Virus record (IMG/VR): IMGVR_UViG_3300005458_000016 | DNA length: 64,000 nucleotides | Strand: one strand, 5' to 3' | Source of the DNA: an uncultured virus (IMG/VR IMGVR_UViG_3300005458_000016) | Taxonomy: Duplodnaviria; Heunggongvirae; Uroviricota; Caudoviricetes | Shown: positions 1-11,933 of the stretch, piece by piece | Position numbering within the stretch: the stretch's first letter is position 1 | Layout: each line of letters starts with the position of its first letter | The notes under the pieces: generated by a model | Databases searched by the model: none | What the model was told of the DNA's origin: nothing | Seen by the model: only the letters and a program-made list of their open reading frames with translations | Position numbers and translations under genes: made by a program

Positions 1-3000
1 AGTCGCCAGCCTTGATGTGACCGCACCCGGAAGCCCCGAGAACTGTCGCGATGACAGCGGCAGATGCCGCGATTACTGTCTTGTTCATTTTCCTTTACCT
101 TGCCGGTTTATCAGTTTTATGGCTGCGATGAGGATTGCCAGCCCGAGGGCTGCGGCAATCCAGTAGAACGTCACTGTGTGAGCCTGCGAGCCTTGCGCCT
201 GCGGATCCTGCGGACGATCGTGGAGACGATCTCATCCCCGATGACCCCGATGACGATGCCTGCCCCGAGGATTCCCAGGATGATGTGGATGAGGTGATGA
301 ACGAGATGCATTGTTTTCTCTTTCTTTTCTCTTTGTTATCTCGGGAGGGAGACAGCCAGCAGGAATGTCGCCAGGCATAGCGCAACCCCGATAGCGCTGA
401 TCTTCCATTTCTTGCTGTAAGGAACCGGGAGGAGAATTGAGAGGACGATAAGCAGAGTCCCCGCGACCAGCGGGATACCTGCGATAATGTCATTTGCGGT
501 CATGTTGCACTCAATCTATGAAAGCGAGGATCGTCCCGATAGCACACAGGACAGTCCCTATCCCGTTTACTATGATGCGTGTCTGTACCTGTCCTGCGAA
601 AACGATCGCCCAGAAAATGCACAGGAATCCCGTTATGATGAGGATCAGTGCCGCGACCCCCATTACTTGCCTCCCGTGATCATGACAAAAAAGGACAGGA
701 AGCATACGATCGACCCTGCCCCGAAGAGGAATATCCTGAGCCCGGGGGTCTTGACACGCACGATAGCCGCGAACAGGATCAGAAGGCAGCCTGCGGTAAG
801 CAGGATCAGGGACGTGAGCAGCGTATCACTCATGCCGGTCCTCCTCGTGACTGTATCCCGGGGGGAGGTTGACCACGGGGCAGGTCAGGTAGTGTATTCC
901 GTTCACCCCCGTGCACTTGACGCACGGGGGTGTGAAATCGCCAGGCTGGATCACGGGGTTTCCTCTGGCTTTGCGGTTTCCCTGGTTACCTTGATCCAGG
1001 TTTCGAGGAGGGTGAAAAGCTTCGGGAGCGGGTCCCCTTCCATCATGATGCGCTCGGTTTCCGTCTCGATGAGCGCCTCAACCTCGTCAGCGGCTTTCAG
1101 CGCGGTTTCGGTGATAGCATAGTCGCGGATGAGGTTGGCGCGGGCTTTCACCCACGAGTTTTTCGAGATGGTGCTTACCAGGGTCGCGCTGGTAACATCC
1201 TCCGGGTTGGGGAGTGTCATTCTTTTCCTTCCTTGAACGGGTCACCTTCTCCTGCGAGAATCATCCGGAACCGCTCGATCCTCATGCATGCAGCTGAGCA
1301 GGCAAGCAGGCGAGCGGGACACGGGTCCCCGCAGGACGGGCATTCTTTCATCGCGCAGCCTCCTGAGAGGCTGCTGGAGCCATCGTGAGCGCTAGCGCGG
1401 GGTGAACTGAGCACCCTGGGTGCGGGTGGCTCCGCGTCCATCCTGCGCTCCCGAGGCGATGACTCCACTTGCAGACGCACTTAGAGTCAAGAGTCTCCGT
1501 GGTTACCGCAAGGATCAGTGCCTCGCGTAGAGTACGATCACTAGTGCTGCTGCCGTGAGCACGATCAGCACGCACAAGGTTTTCACCCATGGTCCGCTCC
1601 ATAGTGACTTGGGTTCTGGCTTGGGCTTCCTTCGCGGCTCGGACATCTACCCGATAACCTCGGAGAATTCCACTTTGACGTATTCCACGTCCCCGCTGTC
1701 ATCCTCGTACGTGGACACCTCGAACCCTGAGACCTCGTTTTCCGCGTACTCGTCCAGGAGTTCGTGATCCTGGGGCATCCTGAGCAATTCTGCTACCGCT
1801 TCGTGTACTTTCACAGTTCGTTCCTCCGTGAGAAGATGTACTTTTTCGATGCCGTATAGTTACATTTAAGACTGGAGCACACCCATGCTCTCCAGAGCCC
1901 TAGCTTGCGCGCCATGCGGCGCATCCGCATCAGCCTTGCTCCGCAGCGCGGGCACTTACTCATCGGTAACCTCGTTCGTTTCGAGACACTCATCGATCTC
2001 GTCTAGGATGTACGTGATGTCTGTGATACCTGGTGACTGGGTAGTGTAGACTGGTTCGATCGTGGTGTCAGGGGTTTTACGATTCCGTGACCTGATCTTG
2101 CGGATGAGCTGCAAGTTTCCCTCCCTGGAGGCTGATCCTGGGCAACGGTACCAGCCAGGGAGAGGCTTGTCAACGGTTACCGTGAATGTTCTTCCAGGAA
2201 AATCAGGAGCGCAGGCAGACCTGGCTTTTCGAACAAAGCTCCGCATGTACAGAGAATGTGCGTTCCCTCGGGGAGCTGCTCTACCTGGATCCTGTGCTCC
2301 CGGTGCTTGCCTGCTGTCTCTTCCGTGTGATCGGTCATCGTCATTCCCCTAGCCTGCTGATCAGGTCGGAGAATTCGCCTTCCCATTCGACTGTCTTCGT
2401 CCGCTGGTTACCCCCAGTGCGGTAGCTTATCTCGACTACCGTGACCGAGTATGCGCACGTATCGCAGTAACCGCGCTCCTGCCTGTCAGGCCGGAAGTCC
2501 ACTATTTCTGTCGCGTCAGTCTTGCCCATCTCTTCTTTCAGGAACTTCAGCAAGGCTGCGTTGAGCCCGTCTTTCCAGCTCATTTCCTACCTCCCCAGCT
2601 CATCACTCTCGTATGCGATGCTCAGCTTCCCGATATTGAGATGGAACGCGTAGATATCCCCCCCGAAGGAAACCCACACTTTCCAGTTCGGGGACTGGTA
2701 AACGGTTTTCTTACGCTGCTCCCCTCTCCAGTAGTAATTGTCGTACTGGTGATCCCTCCGGGGAATCCAGTCCCGAAGGGCCTCAATCAGCTCGATGTTC
2801 ACTGCCCCATCCTCTGCACGGGTATCAGCTCCAGTTTCGTCACCCCGAGGGTGTTGAGATGCGCCAGGACAGCTCCCGTCATCAGCTGTTGCGAGGCGAC
2901 ATCATCGTTGTACGTTGCGTAGAACGTACTCCCGTCCGCGTCATAGCGGATCAGCAGGATTTTCATCATTCTCCTCTGGCGGTTTGTTTCGTACCATCCC

Positions 3001-3405
3001 CCAGAACCACAATAGCGTGTACAGGTTAGGGGCGTTCGCCGCTATCCAATAGTCAGTCCTGCGGGGGAGCCTGATCACTGACGTTCCCGTCATTGTCGCG
3101 AACCATCAGCCGCGCCTCCCCGTACGGGAAGGATGCTTCCACCCAGGAATGCCCGCTGCGGGTCTGTTCCAGGAGTTCTACCATCCTGGTGCATTTCTCG
3201 CACATCAGATCTCACATACTTTCACGAATCCCACGTCACTGCCCGCGATCCGCGCAGACGTGACCTTAGCGAGATGCTTTCCGCATGTCCCTACGGCATC
3301 TTCCGGTTTGATATACACCGCGAAAACTGCCGGGTTTCCGCAGGGATATCCGTGCTGCAACCCCGAACAAAGACTACGTGGCAATCCTTTTCCGCTACGT
3401 GGCAT
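1..3405 (-). CDS. Block of short leftward hypothetical phage genes (e.g. 511-705, 951-1220, 2341-2583, 2587-2802), several membrane or Cys-motif peptides
   Basis: Abutting or overlapping minus-strand ORFs with AGGA/GGAG Shine-Dalgarno sequences; no recognisable domains. Confidence 0.6.
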
Positions 3406-3428
3406 TTCTTTTCCTAAGCTTGTATAGT
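3399..3428 (+). promoter_or_regulatory. Putative sigma-A-like promoter for the isolated rightward gene
   Basis: GTGGCA-18 nt-TATAGT in an AT-rich divergent gap. Confidence 0.4.
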
Positions 3429-3475
3429 GAACATAGCTTTCCCCGTACTTATTCGATTGCATGTTCAGGAGTTGT

Positions 3476-4072
3476 GTGCCGAAATCCAAAGACCTTGACC
3501 TCGCGGACCGTAACCGCATGATCCGCGAGATGCGGGATGAGGGACGCACGATGCAGGTGATCGCGGACACTGTAGGACTGAGTAAAGCCCGCGTGTCTCA
3601 GATCCTGGAAGAACTGGACGATGAAGTTTCCCTCGGGGGATACCGTGCGTTTCTCGCATCTCAGGGTGAGCTGGCACTCCGGGAGATCACGAAAATCCTC
3701 CTGAAAGACTCCCCGATCAAAGTGTCCGCTGGCGGGAAAGTCATGTACTACCCGGACCCTGACGACCCCAGCGGCAGGACATCCGATTTCGACAACCCCA
3801 TTTACGATGACACGATTAAGCTTGATGCCGCGAAGGCAATGTCCCCGCTGCTGGACAGGCTGTCCAAACTGCGCGGTGCTGATGCCCGTCCGCAGCGTGA
3901 CATGATTGACGAGGACGCGGTAAACGAGGAGATAGCGTACGTCCAGAAGCTCATCAGCGATCGTCAGCGGCTCGCTGACAAGCTCCTGGAGCACGGGGAA
4001 GTCCTTGATCTCTCGTCTTATGAGGGGTATTACGAGGCGGAGGTTATCTCCCAGGAGGATTCCCCTGGATAA
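3476..4072 (+). CDS. HTH DNA-binding protein, probable terminase small subunit-like
   Basis: N-terminal HTH (RDEGRTMQVIADTVGLSKARVSQIL); LLDRLSKLRGADA resembles the RRAKLLGLDAP motif of actinophage TerS-like proteins; SD AGGAG before GTG 3476. Confidence 0.55.
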   Translation: MPKSKDLDLADRNRMIREMRDEGRTMQVIADTVGLSKARVSQILEELDDEVSLGGYRAFLASQGELALREITKILLKDSPIKVSAGGKVMYYPDPDDPSGRTSDFDNPIYDDTIKLDAAKAMSPLLDRLSKLRGADARPQRDMIDEDAVNEEIAYVQKLISDRQRLADKLLEHGEVLDLSSYEGYYEAEVISQEDSPG

Positions 4073-4073
4073 C

Positions 4074-5275
4074 TTACCCCATCACCTTCAGGGGGCGCTT
4101 CGGGTAGTCCAGATGCGTAATCGCGTTGCTCCCGAACACTGCCCACCCGTTACTGAACCTGCGATACCAGACACCATCCGCGTCCATCACGACGGTGTTG
4201 GCAGGATACGCAGGCTCCCGGTGTTCGAGGACGAACTTCTTGACTGCGGGAATCCTGTTCGAGGAATACCCGAAAGTATCGGCATAGTACTTTTCCAGCT
4301 CCTCCCAGGAAAGGTACCCGTTGTCCGAAGCAGAATCCGCAGCTTTGCGCAGGGCTTCCACCTCCTGCATGATCGCCCGGAACGAGGTGCTCCTCGCTAG
4401 CCTCCTGGCTGCCGTTTCCAGCTCACTATAGGTGTATATCTGCTCGCTCATATCCTTACCCTGAATCTCGTGATTTCTGTTCCCGTGTCTTTCGTGACCA
4501 CGCGGTACTCCTGGTCAACGCTATCAAGCTCAGGAATATCCCGGAGGTGTTCCAAATCGAGTTCCCTGACTTTATCGCTGCTGTTCCACTGCCACATCCC
4601 CCTGAGTAGCGGTCCCAGTCCTGAGTAGTGATTCAGCAGGATGAGATGCGTCAGGTACGCGACCAGCTTCTGCTCATTGGTCATGTTCCTGAATCCGTCA
4701 TCATCATCAGTGAACATCGTGAGCCTGCTCGGGAAATGCGGGTCAGCCTCAGTCCTGACCAGATAGGTGCTCATGTGTTTTTCCAGACTAGCTCGAAAGT
4801 GTTCTCATCGATCTTGAGCGTGTGATATCTCCCCTTGAATCCCCTGCGCCCCATCGCGTTGCGCAGCGCCTGCCTGAATGTGCTCATGCTGCTGTCCGGG
4901 AAATCGGTGTCCTTATGGAATTCGACACGCTGTCCCGGGATCAGCCAGTCATCCCAGGGGAAATCATCCGCGCTTACCTTAGCCCGGATAGGGGCGTCAT
5001 CGGGTATCCTGACTGGCATCGGCAGTCCTTTCCGTGTGCTCAGGTGACTGAGCCTCTCGATCATCCGCGACCTTCGCAAGTGCTGTGTAGCGGTGATCCC
5101 CGTCAATGGTGTTAGGGAAATACACCTCGAACAGGGAGCTGTCGCGTGCCTTGCGGATCTTATCCGCAATCCTCTCCCACGGGGTGAGGATACCGCGATC
5201 AGCCGCAACCTCATCCGCGATCTTGAGTATGACTATCTGCTCATCCTCATCCAGGGTGATATTCACCAGGGTCAT
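4074..5275 (-). CDS. Four hypothetical genes (4074-4451, 4448-4774, 4771-~5019, 4997-5275)
   Basis: Overlapping start/stop junctions, SD sites. Confidence 0.65.
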
Positions 5276-5405
5276 TTATTTTTCTCCTTATGATCGCGGA
5301 AATTCTCCTGACATTCATCAGAGCAGAAGACCCGCTGCATAACGGTGAGACTGTGCCGTTCTGCGGGGATAGGCTCCCCGCAGAACCAGCACGGTTGACC
5401 GCAAC

Positions 5406-6509
5406 TCATGCAGCCACGAGCTTCTTGCGCAGCACCTCGCTCAGCGCGAGCAGCGCCTGCGAGTCGCTCTCGGCACTCTTCCCCAGCAGGGCGTGCGTGT
5501 AGTTGCGCTCCATCCTGCCCCCGTCAGCGCCACGGACAAGCCCGTTCCAGGTGTCCCAGGTGTTCGCCACCTGCAGCACCCCGAAAGCCGTCCCGTTCCA
5601 CTTGGACGCCTTCTCGTCGCTGCTCCACAGCGTGGACAGCTCGTCGCGCTTCTTCTCCGCGATGGTCAGTCCGTTCTTGACCTTGGGGGTCCCGTCGTCA
5701 TTCACGAGCGGCACCATCTTGTCCAGCCACCGCCCGAACTGGCGATCCGTGACATCGACCTTGACGAGATTCTCGATCCCGAGGGCAGCCTCCTCAGCGG
5801 TCTGAGCCAGCTTAATCCCCAGGCGATCCCGCAGGGTTGCGACAGTGGGGAGGGAATTCTTGGAATGCCGCACCCCGGCAATCGTGTATGCCCCGAGGAC
5901 GGAGCTGTTGTAGGTATTGTCGCAGATGGGGGCGATGATCCCGGTGTGGAACGTGGTCTTCCTGGTGCGGTCAGCGGACGTGGCGGCATTCACGTAAGGG
6001 ACGTATCCGAACCCTTCCACCTCGTATGTCTCGGGCATGACCACGGACAGGAACGCGACACCCCCGCTGCGCAGCAGACCTGCGCTCCCGACACCCACGG
6101 AGTCATCGTCTAGGATCTTGTCGATGAATCCCTTGAGCGTGGGGAGGTACGGGTGAATCGTGTACCCTGACTTCGGGTACCCGAAGATCTGCCCGGAACG
6201 CTGATTGACGATCGGGAAATTGCTGTCGTCTTTCACGACCTGCTTGTGACCCTCGTCATCCTCGTACTCAACGTACGCGACACCCTTGGTCAGCTTGACA
6301 TCAAGCAGCCTGATGACCCTCCGCATGGGGACCGCCCCCGGGAAATGACTTTCCTTAGGCATGTTTCCCTGGTCGAGCTGTGCCCACCACGCGGGTCCGC
6401 GCTGGTCCGTGTACCCTACGAGGATATTCTCGCGGAGCCAGCGCATCGTCTCCTGCGACTTCTCCGCGATGTCATAGTTCGTGGGGGCAGTGAGCTTCGG
6501 TAGTGCCAT
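5406..6509 (-). CDS. DUF932-family phage protein
   Basis: SAGLLRSGG, ATSADRT, ICDNT, RHS and WNGTAFGVLQVANTWDTW motifs typical of DUF932; strong codon bias; SD GAAGGAA. Confidence 0.8.
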   Translation of the reverse strand: MALPKLTAPTNYDIAEKSQETMRWLRENILVGYTDQRGPAWWAQLDQGNMPKESHFPGAVPMRRVIRLLDVKLTKGVAYVEYEDDEGHKQVVKDDSNFPIVNQRSGQIFGYPKSGYTIHPYLPTLKGFIDKILDDDSVGVGSAGLLRSGGVAFLSVVMPETYEVEGFGYVPYVNAATSADRTRKTTFHTGIIAPICDNTYNSSVLGAYTIAGVRHSKNSLPTVATLRDRLGIKLAQTAEEAALGIENLVKVDVTDRQFGRWLDKMVPLVNDDGTPKVKNGLTIAEKKRDELSTLWSSDEKASKWNGTAFGVLQVANTWDTWNGLVRGADGGRMERNYTHALLGKSAESDSQALLALSEVLRKKLVAA

Positions 6510-6559
6510 GATTTTTCCTTCCTTCGTGTTCTTGTGCTGCTGCAACCTGCATGCTGCTG

Positions 6560-6589
6560 AGTTTATTCCATCGCAGCAGGTTTTGTCTA
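6560..6589 (-). promoter_or_regulatory. Sigma-A-like leftward promoter upstream of the DUF932 gene
   Basis: TAGACA-18 nt-TAAACT on the minus strand. Confidence 0.65.
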
Positions 6590-6597
6590 GGATTCCC

Positions 6598-7376
6598 CTA
6601 GACTACTTCTGGTGGTTCATCCGTGACTGTGAGTGACTGGCGGCGAACCCTGGCGATCATGTACATGCGATTCCCGAACTTCCTGAGAACCCCCTGCCTC
6701 CAGATTACATACATCACTCCATCCGGGTAGCTCTCGTCTAGCTTGACGCTGTTCTCTTCCATGATCCGCATCTCGCTTTGACTGAATAGCTCGGGAGTGA
6801 CCGTGTAGTGATCGGTGACCACGTACCGTCCGTGTGTGTGACTCCCGTGATAGTCCACGACAGTCCCGATAGGGATCGGTTCCATTTATCCTCCTTTCCG
6901 CACCTGATCCCAGAGTCCCGCGAGCTTCGTGATAAGATCAGCTACGTCATCCGTGGTCAGCCACACGCCCTTACCCTGGGGCAGCTTGTCCGCGTCCGTG
7001 ATGAACCGCAGGAAGCCACCCTCTTCGAGAGTGACCTCCAGCGCGGTCTCGTTCGTGTCTACGATGCGGATTTTCCCGGTCATCCGGTTGCTGTCCTTAC
7101 CGGGAGGTAGATTTTCAGCTCATCGATTTCCTTGTCGCTGAAAGTACCTTTCGCGGCAGGGTAGATACCCTGCGTTCCCTCCGGGTAGTTAGCGGTCCAG
7201 GTGAATGCGTCAGCCTCGGAGTAGCTATCGAACAGCAGCCCTCCCGCTTTCTCCACGCGCTCCTTTTCCCCGAGATTACGCACGGCACGCACCTCAACTG
7301 CGTGACGGAAACCGTCCTTGCCCGCGTATCCGTACCCGGAGTGCTGGACGATCGTCCACAGGTTAACTGTCGTCAT
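6598..7376 (-). CDS. Three hypothetical genes (6598-6885, 6886-7083, 7080-7376)
   Basis: Abutting ORFs with SD sites. Confidence 0.65.
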
Positions 7377-7385
7377 GTTTCCTCG

Positions 7386-8627
7386 TCATCCTTTCGCTCC
7401 CGAACTCCGTGACTTCGTGACAGCCGCAGCTGGCGGCGAGATTTCGAACACCAACTCCGAGTCATCTCCGAGACCGTCTGTGACATCGAACGGATCCTCG
7501 ACTGCTGGCTCTTCGAGTGCCCGCAGCTCTTCGGGGGCGATCCGCTCCCACAGAGCCCGGATATCATCCGCGTAGTACCCGCGTGTCCTCGCCTGCCCGA
7601 TACGGACCTGCACGGGGGACATGTCGGGGCGCATGTTCCGCGCCACCACCTGAGTCATCCCCAGGTCCCCGTACCGCTCCGGATCCAGGTGCCGCATCTC
7701 ATCAGCGAGCGCCTCCCCGCCTGCGAACATCCTCCCGTCAGGGAGCGTGAACGCGACCTTATCGAGGATGCTGGTCACGTCCTGGAGGAACCGCTGGCGC
7801 GGGGTGAGCACCACCTGATCCGTGGACAGTGCCAGCTCCATGAACGCGTCCATGCACATGTTCAGCCAGCGCTGCCCGCCCAGGGCTTTCGCAACCGCCA
7901 TCAGCGGCTCCCAGACTTCCAGCCTGCGCATCGTCAGCTTCGGGTGATACCCGCGTCCGCGAAACTCCCTGATCTCGCTGAGATGCTCACGGACAGCACC
8001 CCCCAGCAGGGATGCGTAATCCCCTGCTTCGCTTTCCGATTCGCGGGCATCGAAATACCTTTCCGGGGTGCCCGCGATCATCCGCACGACGATGGTGCGA
8101 CCACGGATGTCCACGGGGATCGCGACATTCCTCCCGGTCATGATCAGCGGGAAGAATATCGAGAACTTGCGGGAAACTCCCTGGCGGGACCTCCCGTCCA
8201 TCGCGCCCAGCTTGTATCCCTTGCGGAGCAGCTTGTTGAGCGTCCGGTTGCTGCCCTTGTTGGTCCCGTCATCCCCGTACACCTCCCCGATCTCATCGAA
8301 GAAGAAGATCCGCAGGGAATCCTCCGGGGTGTTGGCTGCCTCCGCGAGAGCCGACTTGAGATCATCAGCCGTCCCGTCCGCGTCAACAGGGTTGGGTCCG
8401 AGTGCCGCTGTCACGTTCATCGCGGTTGTCTTGCCCGATTCAGGTCCGGACAGCAGGATCATCCGGGGCATGGTGATCAGAGCCCCGTTCACGCCTCCTG
8501 CCCATGCCGCTGCCGCGTAGAGTATCATCGCGGTGACCTGGTTCCTGCCCGCGACGACATGAGCCTCGAACCACGTGCGGATTTCGTCTAGCAGCGCCGC
8601 ACTCGCTGGCTCGTTCTGTTCGTTCAT
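7386..8627 (-). CDS. P-loop NTPase / DUF3631-like replication-associated protein
   Basis: Walker A-like GPESGKTT, Walker B FFFDE, plus RTIVVRM, EVWEPLMAVA and C-terminal RGYY motifs. Confidence 0.7.
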   Translation of the reverse strand: MNEQNEPASAALLDEIRTWFEAHVVAGRNQVTAMILYAAAAWAGGVNGALITMPRMILLSGPESGKTTAMNVTAALGPNPVDADGTADDLKSALAEAANTPEDSLRIFFFDEIGEVYGDDGTNKGSNRTLNKLLRKGYKLGAMDGRSRQGVSRKFSIFFPLIMTGRNVAIPVDIRGRTIVVRMIAGTPERYFDARESESEAGDYASLLGGAVREHLSEIREFRGRGYHPKLTMRRLEVWEPLMAVAKALGGQRWLNMCMDAFMELALSTDQVVLTPRQRFLQDVTSILDKVAFTLPDGRMFAGGEALADEMRHLDPERYGDLGMTQVVARNMRPDMSPVQVRIGQARTRGYYADDIRALWERIAPEELRALEEPAVEDPFDVTDGLGDDSELVFEISPPAAAVTKSRSSGAKG

Positions 8628-8660
8628 CGTTCTCCTTCCTGCAAGCATCCTAACACGCTC

Positions 8661-10720
8661 TCATCCAGACTCCAAACCTCCAGCTTGAGGAGTGTTTTCG
8701 CTTTTGCTTTCGAGTCGCTGCTCCTCGATCCGGATCAGGGCTTCCAGATGAGCCCTGGCGACATACAGCCAGCTCAGCGCCTCCGTGTCGGGGTCTGGCT
8801 TGGTCTCCCGGATATGCGGGCGCAGCCAGAGCGCGTACTGCGTGACTGCGGAACGCACATCGCGAGAACGCTGCTCCCGCGATGTGCGTGACTCGCTCAC
8901 TTTTCCGCCAGACGCGTGGCGCGCTCCGTGAAACGAGCCCACCCGCGCTCAGGAGTCCCGTGATAACCTCCGTCACTCGCAAGCCAGGTCTTTCCCCCGT
9001 CCCGCGTGTACGCCTCCCACGTGACGTACGGGTGCGGGTAATGGTCCGGACGGTACACGAGCACGATGCCGCTCGGGTATTCCCCGTCCCGGCGCTTCTT
9101 CTCAGCCCACGCGAGGACACGGAACCCGTTGACGTGACTCGGGGGAGCTGAGATCGTGATCGGGTAATTCTCCCAGGAACCCGACAGCTCCTGGGGCTCT
9201 TTCAGGGTTATCGACTTCGGGCAGTAAAACGAGTACATGATGCCCAGATTCGCTTCCCCGTCGATGATAAAATTCGTATACCCTCCCGTGGTCGGCTGCG
9301 CGATGTAATGCGCGGTCACCTCGTGGCGGTCACCATCCTGGTCGATGACGATCCAGGTGTGCAGTTCATTGTTCTTTTCCATGATCCTCACTTTTCCTTT
9401 TTCCATTCAGCGAATGCCCTGATGAAGCATTCCGCAGCGATGATACTGAATCCCGTGGTGACTGCCCAGCCCCCGAAGAACTGGATTATCTCAGTCACGT
9501 CATGAGAGTGGGTGAGCATGTTGACCCCGATTGAGATCAGGGAAAGGCAGATCACGACCTCCCAAGCGTTTCTGTTCACCCTCGCCAGTCCCTTCCGCAT
9601 CTAGTGCACGCGAATACGAGCACCTCGCAGATGCCTTTCTCGCCTTTGTTCATAGTGTCGAACCCGAGGCACATCCAGTCGTGAATGCGCTGCTTTTTCG
9701 GGAGATCCCTGCGATTCCCGCAGGAGATCAATCCGCCTTCGAGGGGGAACCATTGCGATGTATACCCGTCAAAGTAACGGTCATCGTACAGCGATTCCCC
9801 TAGGATGACCAGGGGCAGCCCGAATCCGGAGTCCCTGTCCTGTTCCGCATCCGCGACCCCTAGCAGGAACATATCTGTCATGCTTTCCTCCTCAGTACGC
9901 AGATATCCCGGAACCTCGCCCCGAAGATGATCTCCAGGAGGATATCAGCGCAGTCATCACAGATATCACTGCGTCCAATCGAGGACATGATGGCGAACCT
10001 CTTGCCGCAAGTGTTGCACCTGCACCTGATCCTGACTGGCTTGATATCCATGAATCCTCCTATCTGGTCTCCTCCACGGTGAACGACGCGACCAGCGAAC
10101 TCCCGTCACTGGTGAACGTAATGGCGTCATCAGGTATCTCGGGACCCGGGAAGTGCAGCAGGTATTCTGCCTTGATGCGGTCCACCAGCATCTGCACCTG
10201 ATAATAACTCCATTCCCCGTCGTCCTGATTGGTCAGGATTTTCCTGTGCTTGATGCGGGTGGTGGTAATCTGCTCACCGAATATCATGTTCTTCCCATCA
10301 GTGCATCGAGTAGGGATTCCGCGATAGCTCCCAGCATCAGCGGATGCCTGTCTTTCACTTCATCCGCGATGAATCCGTAAATCCACATTTCCGCATCTGC
10401 GGTTTTCAGGGAGTCCGCAGTTTCCCTTGCTACAGGATCCCCGTGAGCTATCTGCTGAATGGCTCCTGCGAGAGTCCAGTCGTTGCGTGCTGTCATCGCC
10501 GTCGTGCTCCTTCCGGGAGGGTGAATACGGACCCGGGGCGGTGCTTCCTGTGCGGATACTCTCGCGGGATCCCGTCAGCATCCATCCACTTGCGACCGGA
10601 GGTGTCACAGAATGTGCTACTTCCGCGATCCAGCCAGCCTGCAGCTTTTCCGTGGAATTCGATATCACTCTGGCACGTCCCGCAGGAACGCTGATCCCCG
10701 AACCTGCGCCTCTCGCTCAT
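8661..10720 (-). CDS. Block of small hypothetical genes (8897-~9382, 9576-9881, 10060-10287, 10284-10496, 10493-10720 and others)
   Basis: Coupled minus-strand ORFs, several with CxxC pairs. Confidence 0.55.
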
Positions 10721-11163
10721 CGCGTCACCACCCAGTATGTGCCCCCACGGAGGGACACCGAGGCGTAGTTCCCCCGGTAGTTGTCGTCCGCGACCCTCTT
10801 CCAGTCCACGTACGGAGACAGGGGACTGTCAGCAGGCAGCTCGCTGTCTCCCTCAGCGTACTCTTCCAGGTAGTCATCGTGGACCAGGTAGGAGTCATCG
10901 CTGATGTCTCCCAGCTCGTTCAGGAGCGCTTGCAGCGCGGTCAGCTCATCGATCTCGTCGCTGTACACCACCGCGACCAGGTGTGACCTCTCCCCGATGA
11001 ACCCGATCGCCCCGCGCTCAGATGCGAACGAACCCAGGTCGCGACCAGCCTCCTGGTCTTCCACGTGCCAGGGCTTCAGTCTCCTGATCCGCTCTTTCAC
11101 GTCCGAGACATTGATGATGTTTTCGTCCCCGAGGATCTCGTAGTTCGGGTCTGATACGTTCAT
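10717..11163 (-). CDS. Acidic antirestriction (ArdA-C-like) protein
   Basis: Very acidic; YVDWKRVADD...YASVSLRGGTYW resembles phage ArdA-like proteins. Confidence 0.5.
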   Translation of the reverse strand: MNVSDPNYEILGDENIINVSDVKERIRRLKPWHVEDQEAGRDLGSFASERGAIGFIGERSHLVAVVYSDEIDELTALQALLNELGDISDDSYLVHDDYLEEYAEGDSELPADSPLSPYVDWKRVADDNYRGNYASVSLRGGTYWVVTR

Positions 11164-11450
11164 GACAGCTCCTGCGCTACCTCGCGGATAGCGTTCATGT
11201 AGGGACGATCCCACTCCTGTGTCTCCTGGCTGAGCTGGGAGAACCACACTAGGTCCTTGTGATCCGGTCGGGTTTCTGCCCGCCAGATAGCCCAGGCGTC
11301 GTGAACGTTTTCCAGGGTGGTCCCTGTGCCCGTGGTGAGTACGAGCAGCGTGTAGAGACGCAGCAGCTCAGGAGGGCATTCAGCCTGTTGCGGGGGTAGT
11401 TCTGCAATCCTCTCCGCGAGTAGTGCGGAGGTCTGGTCGATGTAGTTCAT
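11160..11450 (-). CDS. Small RyR-domain-like protein
   Basis: VHDAWAIWR...HKDLVWFSQLSQETQEWDR pattern. Confidence 0.55.
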   Translation of the reverse strand: MNYIDQTSALLAERIAELPPQQAECPPELLRLYTLLVLTTGTGTTLENVHDAWAIWRAETRPDHKDLVWFSQLSQETQEWDRPYMNAIREVAQELS

Positions 11451-11599
11451 TTACTGTGATATCCTTTCTGTTACCAGCGCTGAGATGCGGCAACCCTAAC
11501 CCGCAGGCAAGAACCTCGTCCCGTGACAGTGGCGAGGTTCTTTGCTTTACCGCTATCATTAAGTTGTATTTCCTGTCAAGAGGGCGGTGACCTCTATAA

Positions 11600-11933
11600 A
11601 AACTCCCCGCCGTGAGTCGGGTCCCTCGGAAGGTAGCTTCTCACTCTCCAGCGAGAACAAGCGATGTCGGCTGTTCGCTGGCGCTTAGTGCAGCCTGAGC
11701 GAAACCATAGGCGAGCCTGTACTGATGCGAGACGGCACTCCCTTAGCATCTGCGGAACCCTCACGTTACGAGGGAGGAACAGGCACTGTCACCCGAGTGA
11801 AAGCTACCTGGCGACCGCAAGCGTCCTCTTGCGGCAGAGCTACCCCATACAGAGCAACCCCGTAGGATAGTCCCTGGTAGTCCCCCTGAGATGATTAGCA
11901 ATAGTCATCCCAGGGGGATTGTTCTGTCTTTTT
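11600..11933 (+). ncRNA. Candidate structured ncRNA in a ~500-bp intergenic gap
   Basis: Closing helix 11631-46/11795-809 encloses nested hairpins, followed by a terminator-like hairpin. Confidence 0.55.
11879..11933 (+). terminator. Strong hairpin with T-rich tail (possibly bidirectional terminator)
   Basis: AGTCCCCCTG...CAGGGGGATT followed by GTTCTGTCTTTTT. Confidence 0.6.

Noticed and set aside
11830..11877. Group I intron core (CAGAGCTAC...GGATAGTCC resemble the R/S elements)
   Set aside because: The P7 pairing (GACUA/UAGUC) is not intact and no interrupted gene flanks it.
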